Assembly: GCA_002269645.1 (NCBI GenBank)
Contig: NIVC01001153.1
Location: forward strand, 76,912 to 140,911
DNA: 64,000 bases
From: Macrostomum lignano
Taxonomy: Eukaryota
Direction of reading: 5' to 3'
Shown piece by piece: positions 11,373 through 24,592 of this stretch (position 1 is its first letter; every line of letters starts with the position of its first letter). A model generated the notes under the pieces. It searched no databases. It saw only the letters and a program-made list of their open reading frames with translations, and had not been told where the DNA came from. Both the position numbers and the translations under genes were made by a program.

Positions 11373-14300
11373 ATGTCTCAGCGAAAGTTTTATCCAACCC
11401 ATTGTTGGGTGCCTCAAGGATGCTTTGATCTTGTACCACGCCATGTAAGTTTTCCTATACATTGACACAGTTCATAAAGTATATTTTTAGGCTTAAAATA
11501 CAATATTCCAGATCGTGATGAGCTTATGGTCTAAGTAATTTAATATTTATAAAATATTCCTCTCATGATTCATGTTAAGACCAAATGGCAAAAGAATAGG
11601 CTTAAATAAGAAACTGGCCCAAATGATGCCAACTGCAGCATAAAAAAAGAAAAAATAATGTTAAATTTGTCAAGATGATAGTTTTAGAGAATATCAAATA
11701 TACATGTGATGTAGATGGCATATTGCAGAAAATATAGGCCAAAAAATCATGGCATATGAATGCTTTACTGACTGGCATATATCTAGCAAACAATTTAACA
11801 AATGCTTTGGTTTGGCTCATGTACATTGGGTTTACAAGAAGAAAATGCAACTTTCTGGCACCATTATTGGCTTAAAGTTCTTAACCAAACTTGTTTAAGC
11901 TTGCAATGCAGTGTAAAACAGCTTAAAGAATATGATATCATTATATAAATAAATTATGCTAAGCAATCTTTTGCTATAGACTTATTAAAGTTAATTTCAA
12001 AAGATGACAATAAATTTGGTTTTCAAATAATACACAAAAATTTTCTATTGTTACGAATAAAAAATGAACTTAGATCAATGATACAATATATATAAATTTT
12101 TGTTCTATTAATTATTTCCATTTTAATGATATAGGCCTAGCCTTAGGCCCCCTATAGGTTTCATATTTTGCAAGAATTAGGCCCTATTTATAGTGTCTAT
12201 TGCTTATTGCATTTTTTCTATGTTTGTTAGTCCTGGAATTTTTATTGGTACATAATTTATTAAAACACTTGATTGGCATACTATTCTAGCATATATTTTA
12301 CTTGATAGCCAAATACTTTTTAGTATATATATATGATCCACAATATGGCATGTAGAATGCAAATGGAGGTATCTAAATTGAAACCAATTTTTATTCCTTC
12401 TAGGCCTCTATGTTTTGGTTATAAACATTGAGTTTTAGTAGGCAGAATTAAAAAAAGCTTGCTTGCTGGCTTTTATATTTTTAACTTTTTGCTAATTGAA
12501 TTGCTAGCTCTTTTGCTATGCATTACAAATGCAAGCCAATTGTTTTATTGTGTATAAACTATCTAGATTAACTGTATATAAAATTAGGTACATAGTTTTT
12601 AATTCAGTTACACAAATAGATTGTATTCACTTTTAAATTAATTGCTAGTTCAAATAAACCTAGTCCTAAATGATAAATGTTAATACCTTTAATTAACTAG
12701 AATGTTAGTTTTTCAAAATTGTCTATAAATTTATTTGGTCCCATTAACTTTACTTTGTTAGAAGTAAAAAAACAATACTTTCATTAATTTTAGGCAGACA
12801 AAGATGAAAACTATGCTCAGTTGTTGAATGATGAGGCTGCCAAAGCAAGACGAGACCTGTAAGTCTTAATTGTTTTTAACTTGACTTTGCAAATCAATAT
12901 TTTAAATATAAACTGCTAAGATTAGGGTAAAGGTAATGGTGCCCACTCATATACAGGCTATATAATGGGGCTATAGCACCGACTAAAAGATCTGAGGAGA
13001 GGGTCAGCAGCCACTGAAGGATCTGAGGGGAGGGGCAGCAGGCACTGAAGGATCTGAGGGGAGGGGCAGCAGGCACTGAAGGATCTGAGGGGAGGGGCAG
13101 CAGGCACTGAAGGGTCTGAGGGGAGGGGCAGCAGGCACTGAAGGATCTGAGGGGAAGGGCAGCAGGCACTGAAAGGTCTGAGGGGAGGGGCAGCAGGTAC
13201 TGAAGGGTCTGAGGGGAGGGGCAGCAGGCACTGAAGGATCTGAGGGGAGGGGCAGCAGCCACTGAAGGATCTGAGGGGAGGGGCAGCAGGCACTGAAGGG
13301 TCTGAGGGGAGGGGCAGCAGGCACTGAAGGGTCTGAGGGGAGGGGCAGCAGGCACTGAAGGATCTGAGGGAGGGGCAGCAGGCACTGAAGGATCTGAGGG
13401 GAGGGGCAGCAGGCACTGAAGGATCTGAGGGGAGGGGCAGCAGGCACTGAAGGATCTGAGGGAGGGGCAGACAGAATATCCCATCATGGTTATCAACAGT
13501 TCAATGAAGAATTCTCAAAGAGCTGTGAGCCAACAGCTCAACACAACCAACTCAAACAAAGCTACTTCTCTGTAAATTTAGCCAAGCTGCCAGAGCCGCT
13601 GCCGCAGGACAGTCAGGCGGCGAGGTCATGGACGCTGACGCTGGCGGCGACGCTGAGAACGAGGCGCCAGACGACGATGACGAAGACATTGACGACATCC
13701 AGCCGGCTGATGCAGACGCGGCTGATGACGGCACAGACGACGAGGACGACGAAGACGAGGACTCCAAGCTGGTGCCAACAGACAATCTGGTTGTCGTTGC
13801 CCAGGTGCAGCAGAACCAGGGCATCTCAGAGGCTCAAATACACGTTTACAATGAGCCTAATAAGCAGTTCTACGAGCACAGGTGCTTCTATTTGGACTCG
13901 ATGCCGCTGTGCTTCGAATTTGTTGGCAGGGGCGGTCACCTGCTGGCTATTGGCAGAATGGAGCAGTCCATTCAGCTGTGGGATCTGGACTTGATCGAGG
14001 CTCTGTTGCCGTCTGTGCAGTTGGAAGGCAAGTGTGCACTTTTTATGTACAGAGAGTGTACATGCTTGACGATTAGACCGTCAATCAGGGCCGTTGAGCA
14101 CTCTGTGTGAGCGTGTCTTTAGCCTGGAATTAACGAAAGGGGTGATGATGGAATGCTTGAGAGATTCGTTAAGAATGTCCAGCAGTTGAAGTTTGCTCAC
14201 TGTTCGAGGTTTGGTCACCTGGTGCAACCTGTTGAAGGTCCAGAAGCTCCGGCTTTGAAGCTCCGGCTTTGATAAAATTTGGATGCTTGGCAAGGCTGCA

Positions 14301-17020
14301 CTAAGGCGAAGTGCTGATTGGCGCACAGGGGTGTACATTGAGTATCAGAATCGTTGATTATCTCGACGGTCGGGAAGGCTGGCGACTTGATTCTTGTTTG
14401 CGTTTGCCTTCAGTTCCGAATTGGAACTCTATTGAATAAATACTATCCGCTATCCTCAGGTCACAAAGACGCTGTGTTGGACGTTTCCTGGAATCCGCGC
14501 TCCCCCCAGGCTCTGGCCAGCGCCAGCGCCGACAAATCTGTGGGCCTGTGGGATCTGGACGCTAAGCGTTGCGTCAGGATGCTGGACAAGCTGCACTCTG
14601 ACAAGGTGCAGTGCCTGGCCTGGCACCCGCAGGTAATGCAGCTCGGCTGTGAGATAGCATAGCGAGAATCGCCCTCAAGGCAACCCCAAGAATCGCCCTC
14701 AATACAACCCCAAGAATCGCCCCTCAAGTCAACCCCAAGAATCACCCCTCAAGTAAACCCCAAGAATCTCCCTCAAGACAACCCCAAGAATCGCCCTCAC
14801 GACAACCCCAAAAATCTCCCTCACGACAACCCCAAAAATCGCCCTCAAGACAACCCCAAAAATCGCCCTCAAGACAACCCCAAGAATCGCCCTCCAGACA
14901 ACCCCAAGAATCGCCCTCAAGACAACCCCAAGAATCGCCCTCAAGACAATCCTAAGAATCGCCCTCCAGACAACCCCAAGAATCGCCCTCACGACAACCC
15001 CAAAAATCGCCCTCAGGACAACCCCAAAAATCGCCCTCAAGACAATCCTAAGAATCGCCCTCCAGACAACCCCAAGAATCGCCCTCAAGACAACCCCAAG
15101 AATCGCCCTCCAGACAACCCCAAAATCGCCCTCAAGACAACCCCAAGAATCGCCCTCAAGACAACCCAAAAAATCGCCCTCCAGACAACCCCAAGAATCG
15201 CCCTCAAGACAACCCCAAGAATCGCCCTCCAGACAACCCCAAGAATCGCCCTCACGACAACCCCAAAAATCGCCCTCCAGACAACCCCAAGAATCGCCCT
15301 CAAGACAACCCCAAGAATCGCCCTCCAGACAACCCCAAAAATCGCCCTCCAGACAACCCCAAGAATCGCCCTCAAGACAACCCCAAGAATCGCCCTCACG
15401 ACAACCCCAAAAATCGCCCTCAGGACAACCCCAAGAATCGCCCTCAAGACAACCCCAAGAATCGCCCTCAAGACAACCCCAAGAATCGCCCTCAAGACAA
15501 TCCTAAGAATCGCCCTCCAGACAACCCCAAGAATCGCCCTCACGACAACCCCAAAAATCGCCCTCAGGACAACCCCAAAAATCGCCCTCAAGACAATCCT
15601 AAGAATCGCCCTCCAGACAACCCCAAGAATCGCCCTCAAGACAACCCCAAGAATCGCCCTCACGACAACCCCAAAATCGCCCTCAAGACAACCCCAAGAA
15701 TCGCCCTCAAGACAACCCCAAAAATCGCGCTCAAGACAACCCAAAAAATTGCCCTCAAGACAACCCCAAAAATCGCCCTCAAGACAACCCCAAGAATCGC
15801 CCTCCAGACAACCCCAAGAATCGCCCTCAAGACAACCCAAGAATCGCCCTCAATACAACCCCAAGAATCGCCCTCAAGACAACCCCAAGAATCGCCATCC
15901 AGACAACCCCAAGAATCGCCCTCAAGTCAACCTCAAAAATCGCCCTCAAGACAACCCCAAGAATCGCCCTCAAGACAACCCCAAGAATCGCCATCCAGAC
16001 AACCCCAAGAATCGCCCTCAAGACAACCCCAAGAATCGCCCTCCAGACAACCCCAAGAATCGCCCTCAAGACAACCCAAGAATCGCCCTCAATACAACCC
16101 CAAGAATCGCCCTCAAGACAACCCCAAGAATCGCCATCCAGACAACCCCAAGAATCGCCCTCAAGTCAACCTCAAAAATCGCCCTCAAGACAACCCCAAG
16201 AATCGCCCTCAAGACAACCCCAAAAATCGCCCTCCAGACAACCCCAAGAATCTCCCTCACGAGAACTCCAAGAATCGCCCTCCAGACAACCCTCGCCCCT
16301 CAAGTCAAACTCAAGAATCGCCCTTCAAGTCAAACCCAGGAATCGCCCTCAAGACAACCCCATGAATTACGTACACTAACAAGTTAATCGATTTCATATA
16401 TTCTAATCTCGCTACTTGTTAGTAGGCAGAAGAACCGCTGAAATAAGAATCTCTACTAATAAATTTGATAGGAGCCTCACCTATTGCTCACTGGCGGCTA
16501 CGACTCAACAGTTCGTCTGTCAGACTGTCGAGCCCCTCAACAACAACAGCAACAGTCAGCATCTTCAGCCTCATCAGCGCCAGCCGCCGGCTCCGCCCCA
16601 TCGTGGCGTCTTGACGGCGAATGCGAGCGCCTAGTCTGGGACAGCCGGAATCCGTTCTTCCTGATGGCCTCAACCGAGCGTGGCTCCGTGCAGCGCTGCG
16701 ACGCCCGAGCCCCCGGCGCCCCCGTGTCCACCCTGACTGCTCACGACGGAGCCTGCAGCGGCCTCTGCCTGACCGACTCCGGCCTTCTCTGCACCGGCGG
16801 GGCCGACGGCCTTGTCAGACTGTGGCGCTCCAATCCCGACGGCGAATGGAAGTCCTTGGCTAATAGAAACTGGAACATCGGCGAGGTGACTAAATTGACA
16901 GTGAACCCTGACTGTCAGTGCGTGCTGGGGATTACTGGGCTGACCGGATTTCAGGTGTGGGACGTGCGGGAGCACGCCAAGGCTAGGGAGTACCTGCGGA
17001 CCAGAGGGGTGCCTGTCTGA
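11373..17020 (+). CDS. PWP1: Periodic tryptophan protein 1 homolog (WD40, ribosome biogenesis)
   Basis: Exons 11373-11444, 12794-12858, 13582-14027, 14460-14632, 16472-17020. N-terminal WVPQG motif, acidic tract, DNLVVVA..HVYN, PLCFE, LLAIGRME..IQLWDLD, GHKDAVLDVSWN, LASASADKSVGLWDL. Intron 3 needs a GC donor. Confidence 0.92.
12997..13470 (+). repeat. G-rich 31-bp minisatellite GCAGGCACTGAAGGATCTGAGGGGAGGGGCA, locus 1 (PWP1 intron 2)
   Basis: Same unit as at 21.9, 37.2 and 54.6 kb. Confidence 0.97.
14045..14115 (+). mobile_element. 3' fragment of the SINE family seen at 58068
   Basis: GTACATGCTTGACGATTAGAC..CAGGGC..CTGTGTGAGCGTGT matches 58205-58260 and 60150-60208. Confidence 0.55.
14665..16365. 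repeat. Intronic minisatellite, 24-bp unit GAATCGCCCTCAAGACAACCCCAA (PWP1 intron 4)
   Basis: About 70 copies. Confidence 0.97.
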
Positions 17021-17109
17021 CTGCTCTGCGATCGGCTGGGCTTTGGGCGAGAGTCTGTCTACTGTGGCTAGGCAAGTAACTGGGTGAATTCTCAAGTTTA
17101 ACATTTGGC

Positions 17110-17685
17110 CTTCCAGATCCTCAGTTGCTGGGCCAGCCCCCAGATCCTCAGTTGCTGGGCCACCAGCCCCCCAGATCCTCAGTTGCTGGGCCACCAGCCT
17201 CCCAGATCCTCAGTTGCTGGGCCACCAGCCTCCCAGATCCTCAGTTGCTGGGCCACCAGCCTCCCAGATCCTCAGTTGCTGGGCCAGCCTCCCAGATCCT
17301 CAGTTGCTGGGCCACCAGCCTCCCAGATCCCCAGTTGCTGGGCCAGCCTCACAGATCCTCAGTTGCTGGGCCAGCCTCCCAGATCCTCAGTTGCTGGGCC
17401 AGCCTCCCAGAGTGTCAGTTGCTGGGCCAGCCTCCCAGATCCTCAGTTGCTAGGCCAGCCTCCCAGATCCTCAATTGCTAGGCCAGCCTCCCAGATCCTC
17501 AATTGCTAGGCCAGCCTCCCAGATCCTCAGTTGCTGGGCCAGCCTCACAGATCCTCAGTTGCTGGGCCAGCCTCCCAGATCCTCAGTTGCTAGGCCAGCC
17601 TCCCAGATCCTCAGTTACTAGGCCAGCCTCCCAGATCCTCAGTTGCTAGGCCAGCCTCCCAGATCCTCAGTTGCTAGGCCAGCGC
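17110..17685. repeat. Minisatellite, 28/31-bp unit CCCAGATCCTCAGTTGCTGGGCCAGCCT, 3' of the PWP1 stop
   Basis: Visible periodicity; reverse complement shares the CTGAGGATCTG core with the G-rich family. Confidence 0.93.
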
Positions 17686-18569
17686 CACTCCCTCTGAGCT
17701 GAAGCGAGTACAACAACAATATTACTGTAATATTGCTGCCTTTTCAACTCAAGCTTGTTTTTCCCAAACAAGCCAATCTGATTGTTCTGCTAATTAGCAA
17801 ATCTAGAAGTCGCGATTTGAAATGAAAATAAATTCGTTTTATTTTTCAATAGACGCGCATTTTGCTTATAAACTAACTCTGAGTTTGGCGTGTGTTCCCC
17901 CGATGCGATGTTAGGGTATGATATTGGATGAAGATAAAACAGTAATGCAGTCGCTTGATGAAGATTGAGTGGCAGCTGGCAGCTCAATTGTAATAATGAT
18001 ATAATTATGCAAATTGGATAATTGCAAGGATAGAAAAGCTTATTAATTTTGCTTGTATTGTTTTATTCATTTGAAGGTATATTCGATGAAAATTATCCTA
18101 ATTAGGATCGTATGTAATGAAACATTCGTGTCTCAATGGATTAAATTTGATTTGAAGGGCCACAATTATACAAATAGCAGAGAATCGTGCTAAGATGGAT
18201 TAATTTAGACCTGAGCATCGTAATGAAGCAAATAATTATCTTTCTTCAAGGTTGGTCTTCTCTGATCATATCTGCCTGTCGGCTTAAGTGCTGCAAGGTG
18301 GAGCCGAAGTGCCCGGGCATATCGCCATTAGTCTCAAGTGTGCACCGGTTCTGTCAATGATTCTTAGCTGAGCAGTGATGCGTGAGTCTGTGAAGAACTT
18401 ACTAATAAGGAATTCTAGAGAGTTGCAATCTAGTGCTGCTAACCGTGGGAATCCCCACTCTCAGGTTTTTCTGAGTGGACAAGATCATTTGGGGCATCAC
18501 GTGATTAAATTTTATAGAGTACATTTTTTTCACTGGAATTCCCCCGCGATCATGAGTGAGATCGGTTTG

Positions 18570-19500
18570 GAAATTTCCTATCTGAGAGAGTCTGATTAAT
18601 TTGGAAATTCCCCCTCTGAGAGACTCTGATCAAATTGGGAATTCCCCCTCTGAGAGAGTCTGATCAAATTGGGAATTCCCCCTCTGAGAGAGTCTGATCA
18701 AATTGGGAATTCCCCCTCTGAGAGAGTCTGATCAAATTGGGAATTCCCCCTCTGAGAGAGTCTGATCAAATTGGGAATTCCCCCTCTGAAAGAGTCTGAT
18801 TAAATTGGAAATTTCCCCTCTGAGAGAGTCTGATCAAATTGGGAATTCCCCCTCTAAAAGATTCTGATTAATTTGGAAATTCCCCCTCTGAGAGTGATCA
18901 GTTTGGGAATTCCCCTCGTGAGAGTCTGATCAGTTTGGGAATTCCCCATGTGAGAGAGTCTGACCAGTTTGGGAATTCCCCCTCTGAGAGAGTGATCAGT
19001 TTCGAAATTCCCCATCTGAGAGTCTGAACAGTTTCGAAATTCCCCATCTAAGAGAGTCTGATCAGTTTGGGAATTCCCCTCTGAGAGAGTCTGATCAGTT
19101 TGGGAATTCCCCTCTGAGAGAGTCTGATCAGTTTGGGAATTCCCCTCTGAGAGAGTCTGATCAGATTGGGAATTTCCCTCTAAGAGTCTGATCAGTTTGG
19201 GAATTCCCCTCTGAGAGAGTCTGATCAGATTGGGAATTCCCCTCTGAGAGAGTCTGATCAGTTTGGGAATTCCCCTCTGAAAGAGTCTGATCAGATTGGG
19301 AATTCCCCTCTGAGAGAGTCTGATCAGTTTGGGAATTCCCATGTTTTAGAGTCTGATTTTTTGGTAGTTTCCATCTTTGATGATGATTATTTTGGGAATC
19401 CCCCTCTGCTAGTCTAATTTTTAGGGAATTTCCATCTTTCAGAGTTTATTCATTTTTGGAATTCCCAACTTTGAGAGTTTGCTTATTTCGGGAATTATTC
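18570..19500. repeat. Intergenic minisatellite, 34-bp unit GGGAATTCCCCCTCTGAGAGAGTCTGATCAAATT
   Basis: Visible periodicity; most units carry the palindrome GGGAATTCCC. Confidence 0.93.
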
Positions 19501-19793
19501 TCTTATCTCCTCTGATCGTTGCACTCTTCGTGTTAATAATGATATAGCTAGAATTCCTCACTTTTATAATTATAATCAAGCAGTTCTACATGTACAACTT
19601 TCAACTTGGTTGCTGGTATTTGCGCATTAATTTTTTTATGAACCATCACGCTTTGTTGCTCTGTTGAAGCGAGCTCTCATCTCATTTTTATTTCTCTCTA
19701 ACGGTTTATTTGCGATTCAATTAATCAGTTGTTAGTCTTGTGTCATTAAAAGTCCTTCAATCAGTCCTTGCTGAACGGGACGCATCGATGTTC

Positions 19794-22700
19794 TCAGCTG
19801 AGCAGCTGCCTCTCCAAGTTGACGGAGTTCAGCATGGCTCCGTAGCAGGCACCGACGCACCGGTTGGTGGCCGCGCGGGAGCCCAGCTGGTTGCAAGGGG
19901 CGCGGCACTCTGCCGGCAGCGGCAGGCCCATCTCCTCGAAGAACAGCCGCATCAGGCGTGTCTCCGAGCGCAGCACCGCGGCGTCGCGGACTCCGCCTCG
20001 ACAGTTGCGACCGGTGGCAGCGCATTCCGCCGTGGCTGCTGGGTCTTCGTCAGCCGCCTGCTTGGATCATGGGTTTGCGCGAGATCTGCTGTTAAGCTAC
20101 TTGTAGTAGCATTCATCTTGCCGCCAGTGTTGAATGCTGTCGCTTTTCTCTATGTGCTGCCTTTCTCTCTCTCTCTCTCTCTCCCTTTTCCCTCATTGTC
20201 TCCCTTCTCTCCCTCTCTGTCTCCCTTCTCTCCCTCTCTGTCTCCCTTCTCTCCCTCTCTGTCTCCCTTCTCTCCCTCTCTGTCTCCCTTCTCTCCCTCT
20301 CTGTCTCCCTTCTCTCCCCCTCTGTCTCCCTTCTCTCCCTCTCTATCTCCCTTCTCTCCCTCTCTGTCTCCCTTCTCTCCCTCTCTGTCTCCCTTCTCTC
20401 CCTCTCTATCTCCCTTCTCTCCCTCTCTGTCTCCCTTCTCTCCCTCTCTGTCTCCCTTCTCTCCCTCTCTATCTCCCTTCTCTTCCTCTCTGTCTCCCTT
20501 CTCTCCCTCTCTGTCTCCCTTCTCTCCCTCTCTATCTCCCTTTTCTCCCTCTCTATCTCCCTTTTCTCCCTCTCTGTCTCCCTTCTCTCCCTCTCTGTCT
20601 CCCTTCTCTCCCTCTCTATCTCCCTTCTCTCCCTCTCTGTCTCCCTTCTCTCCCTCTCTGTCTCCCTTCTCTCCCTCTCTATCTCCCTTCTCTCCCTCTC
20701 TATCTCCCTTCTCTCCCTCTCTGTCTCCCTTCTCTCCCTCTCTGTCTCCCTTCTCTCCCTCTCTATCGATTCTCTCCCTCTCTATCTCCCTTCTCTTCCT
20801 CTCTGTCTCCCTTCTCTCCCTCTCTGTCTCCCTTCTCTCCCTCTCTATCTCCCTTTTCTCCCTCTCTGTCTCCCTTCTCTCCCTCTCTGTCTCCCTTCTC
20901 TCCCTCTCTATCTCCCTTCTCTCCCTCTCTGTCTCCCTTCTCTCCCTCTCTGTCTCCCTTCTCTCCCTCTCTATCTCCCTTCTCTCCCTCTCTATCTCCC
21001 TTCTCTCCCTCTCTATCTCCCTTCTCTCCCTCTCTGTCTCCCTTCTCTCCCTCTCTATCTCCCTTCTCTCCCCCTCTGTCTCCCTTCTCTCCCTCTCTGT
21101 CTCCCTTCTCTCCCTCTCTGTCTCCCTTCTTCGCCCTCTATATCTTCTCTAGTCCATCTTCTGTCATTTCACCATTAGCCTGTTTCTAATTAATTGAAAT
21201 TACTCTAAGACAGATTTCTCTCGAACGCTGAGACACAGACAGTGTTAGAGATGAAGTGACAGGTAAGTCGAACTGTTCAAATTAGGAAATCAAATGAAGG
21301 GATCAAGATCTTGACTTGACTTGATAATCCCTCCCCTAATATTTAATCTTCGAGAGGCTTAACGAATCCCAAAAGAATTTGCCATTTACTCTGACGCGTA
21401 CGGAGAATGAACAAAGATGGGAATTATGAAACTAGCGAAGCTTTCTTTCTTTTCAAAGAAATCAGACATTTTCTGCAGCCCAAGAATTTGACAATTGGCA
21501 AATTTGCACAATTATCAGCAAGAATATGGCATTAAGTTAGATCATTGGTGGTTATGCAAATTGCTTAGGGTGGACTTATAGTGATAGATTTTCATGTGTT
21601 AGTTCAGGTCTGGATCAAGGCTTACGGCCTTTCTAGCAAGCCACAAAATGTGTGCTAAGCGGGCAGCTAAATCTCAATTTGCTTAGCAATTTTTTATTGC
21701 TAACTTTCCGTTTTCTCAGCAAATATCGCTGATTGCTAATCGGTGATAAGATGCAGTCAGAAGGGTTTCTCTGATTGGTATAAATTGGATCTTGTTCATG
21801 GAAGCTAGTTCCTGTTCCAGCTAGGTCTCGGCTAAAATGAATCAGCGAATAAAGGATTGAATCCGCAGGCACTGAAGGATCTGAGGGGAGGGGCAGCAGG
21901 CACTGAAGGATCTGAAGGGAGGGGCAGCAGGCACTGAAGGATCTGAGGGGAGGGGCAGCAGGCACTGAAGGATCTGAGGGGAGGGCCGCAGCAGGCACTG
22001 AAGGATCTGAGGGGAGGGGCAGCAGCCACTGAAGGATCTGAGGGGAGGGCCGCAGCAGGCACTGAAGGATCTGAGGGGAGGGGCAGCAGGCACTGAAGGA
22101 TCTGAGGGGAGGGGCAGCAGGCACTGAAGGATCTGAGGGGAGGGGCAGCAGCCACTGAAGGATCTGAGGGGAGGGCCGCAGCAGGCACTGAAGGATCTGA
22201 GGGGAGGGGCAGCAGCCACTGAAGGATCTGAAGGGGAGGGGCAGCAGCCACTGAAGGATCTGAGGGGAGGGCCGCAGCAGGCACTGAAGGATCTGAGGGG
22301 AGGGCCGCAGCAGGCACTGAAGGATCTGAGGGGAGGGGCAGCAGGCACTGAAGGATCTGAGGGGAGGGGCAGCAGGCACTGAAGGATCTGAAGGGAGGGC
22401 CGCAGCAGGCACTGAAGGATCTGAGGGGAGGGCCGCAGCAGGCACTGAAGGATTTGAGGGGAGGGGCAGCAGGCACTGAAGGATCTGAAGGGAGGGCCGC
22501 AGCAGGCACTGAAGGATCTGAGGGGAGGGCCGCAGCAGGCACTGAAGGATCTGAGGGGAGGGGCAGCAGCCACTGAAGGATCTGAGGGGAGGGGCAGCAG
22601 GCACTGAAGGATCTGAGGGGAGGGGCAGCAGGCACTGAAGGATCTGAGGGGAGGGGCAGCAGGCACTGAAGGATCTGAGGGGAGGGGCAGCAGGCACTGA

Positions 22701-23006
22701 AGGATCTGAGGGGAGGGGCAGCAGGCACTGAAGGATCTGAGGGGAGGGGCAGCAGGCACTGAAGGATCTGAGGGGAGGGGCAGCAGGCACTGAAGGATCT
22801 GAGGGGATCGAGGGGCAGCAGGCACTGAGGGATCTGAGGGGAGGGCCGCAGCAGGCACTGAGGGATCTGAGTTGAAGGCAATATGACACTGTGTACATGG
22901 TCTTTCTGTTTGATTACATGCACTACAAACTTACAGTAACGGGTGATCCACTAGCAACGGCTTCTAGAAGCAGTAGAGCCAGACCTAAAGAGAACATCAG
23001 CTGCAT
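19794..23006 (-). CDS. Small secreted cysteine-rich protein (~111 aa), orphan
   Basis: Exon 1 23006-22935 encodes signal-peptide-like [24 protein letters not shown] and ends in GTAAGT (phase 0). Exon 2 20057-19794 (phase 0, GC3-rich) encodes [19 protein letters not shown]...CRAPC...RCVGAC..LLS*. An extra middle exon cannot be excluded. Confidence 0.65.
20160..21140. repeat. Pyrimidine/purine 21-bp minisatellite TCTCCCTTCTCTCCCTCTCTG
   Basis: Visible periodicity, intronic. Confidence 0.97.
21866..22870 (+). repeat. G-rich 31-bp minisatellite, locus 2 (intron of the secreted-protein gene)
   Basis: Same unit as 12997-13470, with GGGCCGCAGCA variants. Confidence 0.97.
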
Positions 23007-23280
23007 GTTGTTGCTTTGCAAAAGTTCTCGCGGAGAAAAATTTGATGAGTTCTATTTAATGTGAATTTTTATACAATATCTTGTAAGTCGAGATGAGCAA
23101 AGAAGGAGGGATGCAGCTGCTTGAGACTAGAAATTTATGACAGGGCCATCTTCATAATTCCGCTTTGCCTCCACGTCCCCTGCGCATATAGGCTCCGCGC
23201 GATCTATCTGTTTTGTGATTGGATTGCCATGCCAGAGTAAGATAAACGAGTGAGTGACTATCAGTGATTGGCTGCATGGT
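23007..23280 (-). promoter_or_regulatory. Putative TATA/CCAAT promoter of the secreted-protein gene
   Basis: Minus-strand CCTATATG at ~23185-23192; CCAATC boxes at ~23217-23226 and ~23265-23272. Confidence 0.45.
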
Positions 23281-24592
23281 TGCATGTATTAATGTCGCTG
23301 ATTCTGTGTATAGCTATTTAGCTAGCTACTTTATTAGCTCGTAGTTATTCTTCTATACATTTATATCTTTGTGCGATAATATGATGGGAATAGGGCTTAT
23401 CGTGACTTAGTGTAATTACATGTGTACATGTATATATTTTAGCTGCAATAACAACACAAAATACGCTGTAACTTGTCAGTCTCAGCTGCAGCTATTATAG
23501 TTTAGTACTCGTAATCATATATCTAGAACGATAAAACATACGCTCGTAGAAATTAGATCTAGACCTATCGATTTATTTAAGATTATCTATCCCGCCGCTA
23601 TGAGCACACTTTGAGCATCTTAGAGGCTATATATGTACATCAAAGATTTAGAACCCTAGCCTAAACTGCCAGCCGCCAACTCAGCGTGTTTTAGCTTGGA
23701 GTGTACATATACGTGCTACTGCACCGTTTGCTCTCTCGATCCCCTGTTTGAACTTGTTCGACTCTACGAGAACTATATATGCGTTATACATGTATATTAA
23801 TAATTCAACGAAATATTACTAGCTAAATAATTTTCTATTTTAATTACTGCCTTGACTATGACCTATATTCTATAAGGTTCGAAATGCATTGCATTGGCCA
23901 TAAAATAAAATAAAAACAATTGTAGCAAGTTTATGTTTGTTCTCGATCGTTTCATTCTATCAATCTTTATTAGTGAGCTTACTCAACCAGAACTTTAGCT
24001 GTCGTATTCTGGTCCCTGACCAAACGCAAAAATACTGTGGATGTAATATTTAATCTATTCCCCCCAGTCCGTTTTCGTTGATACTGTGGTTCATTGTTAA
24101 ACATCAGACGATCGAGTCAATATGCATAATTAATAGTCATATATCACATGTACTCGTATATATTGCTACTAGTTCATTCGATAAACACGCACTTCTCGGA
24201 GTTAAACTTGCGTTCATTTGAGTTCATTATCATTTGATTGAAGGCTGGCTAATGCACTAATTTCTCGTAATTAACTAACAGTTATAGCGCAACTTTTTTT
24301 ATCCCCTGCAGGTTAAATTATATATAATCTGCGATGTATTTAGACAAATTTTATAAATAACGAGGTGCCCAAAGAATGTTTTTATAGTCAACTTCTTTAC
24401 ACAGTTTGTATTTTAATATAAACTTTTACAAAAACTCATATTGTAAATTTGTTTTACTTTAGAAGCAAAGATTGCTTTGAACAGGCGTGTCTTAACTTTC
24501 ACGTCGTCCACAACGCATGTAATCATTACTTTAACTTAAATAGTTTGATCTAGAGTCATTTAGTCTGTATTAATGAGTTTTTTGTGAATAGA

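Noticed and set aside
12894-13496. [15 protein letters not shown] ORFs, also at 21.6-22.9, 37.2-38.2 and 54.3-55.0 kb
   Set aside because: Stop-free frames of the G-rich 31-bp repeat; not genes
14729-16387. GVVLRAIL / PQDNPKNR repeat ORFs
   Set aside because: 24-bp array inside PWP1 intron 4
17717-17773. Two small hairpins after the PWP1 array
   Set aside because: 8-9-bp AT-rich arms are expected by chance; no other support
19794-20057. Small Tim (twin CX3C) chaperone
   Set aside because: Has a signal-peptide exon, two extra cysteines and no Tim-like flanking pattern
19740-21189. 470-aa and 351-aa plus-strand ORFs
   Set aside because: Antisense shadow of the GC3-rich minus-strand exon running into a CT-rich repeat
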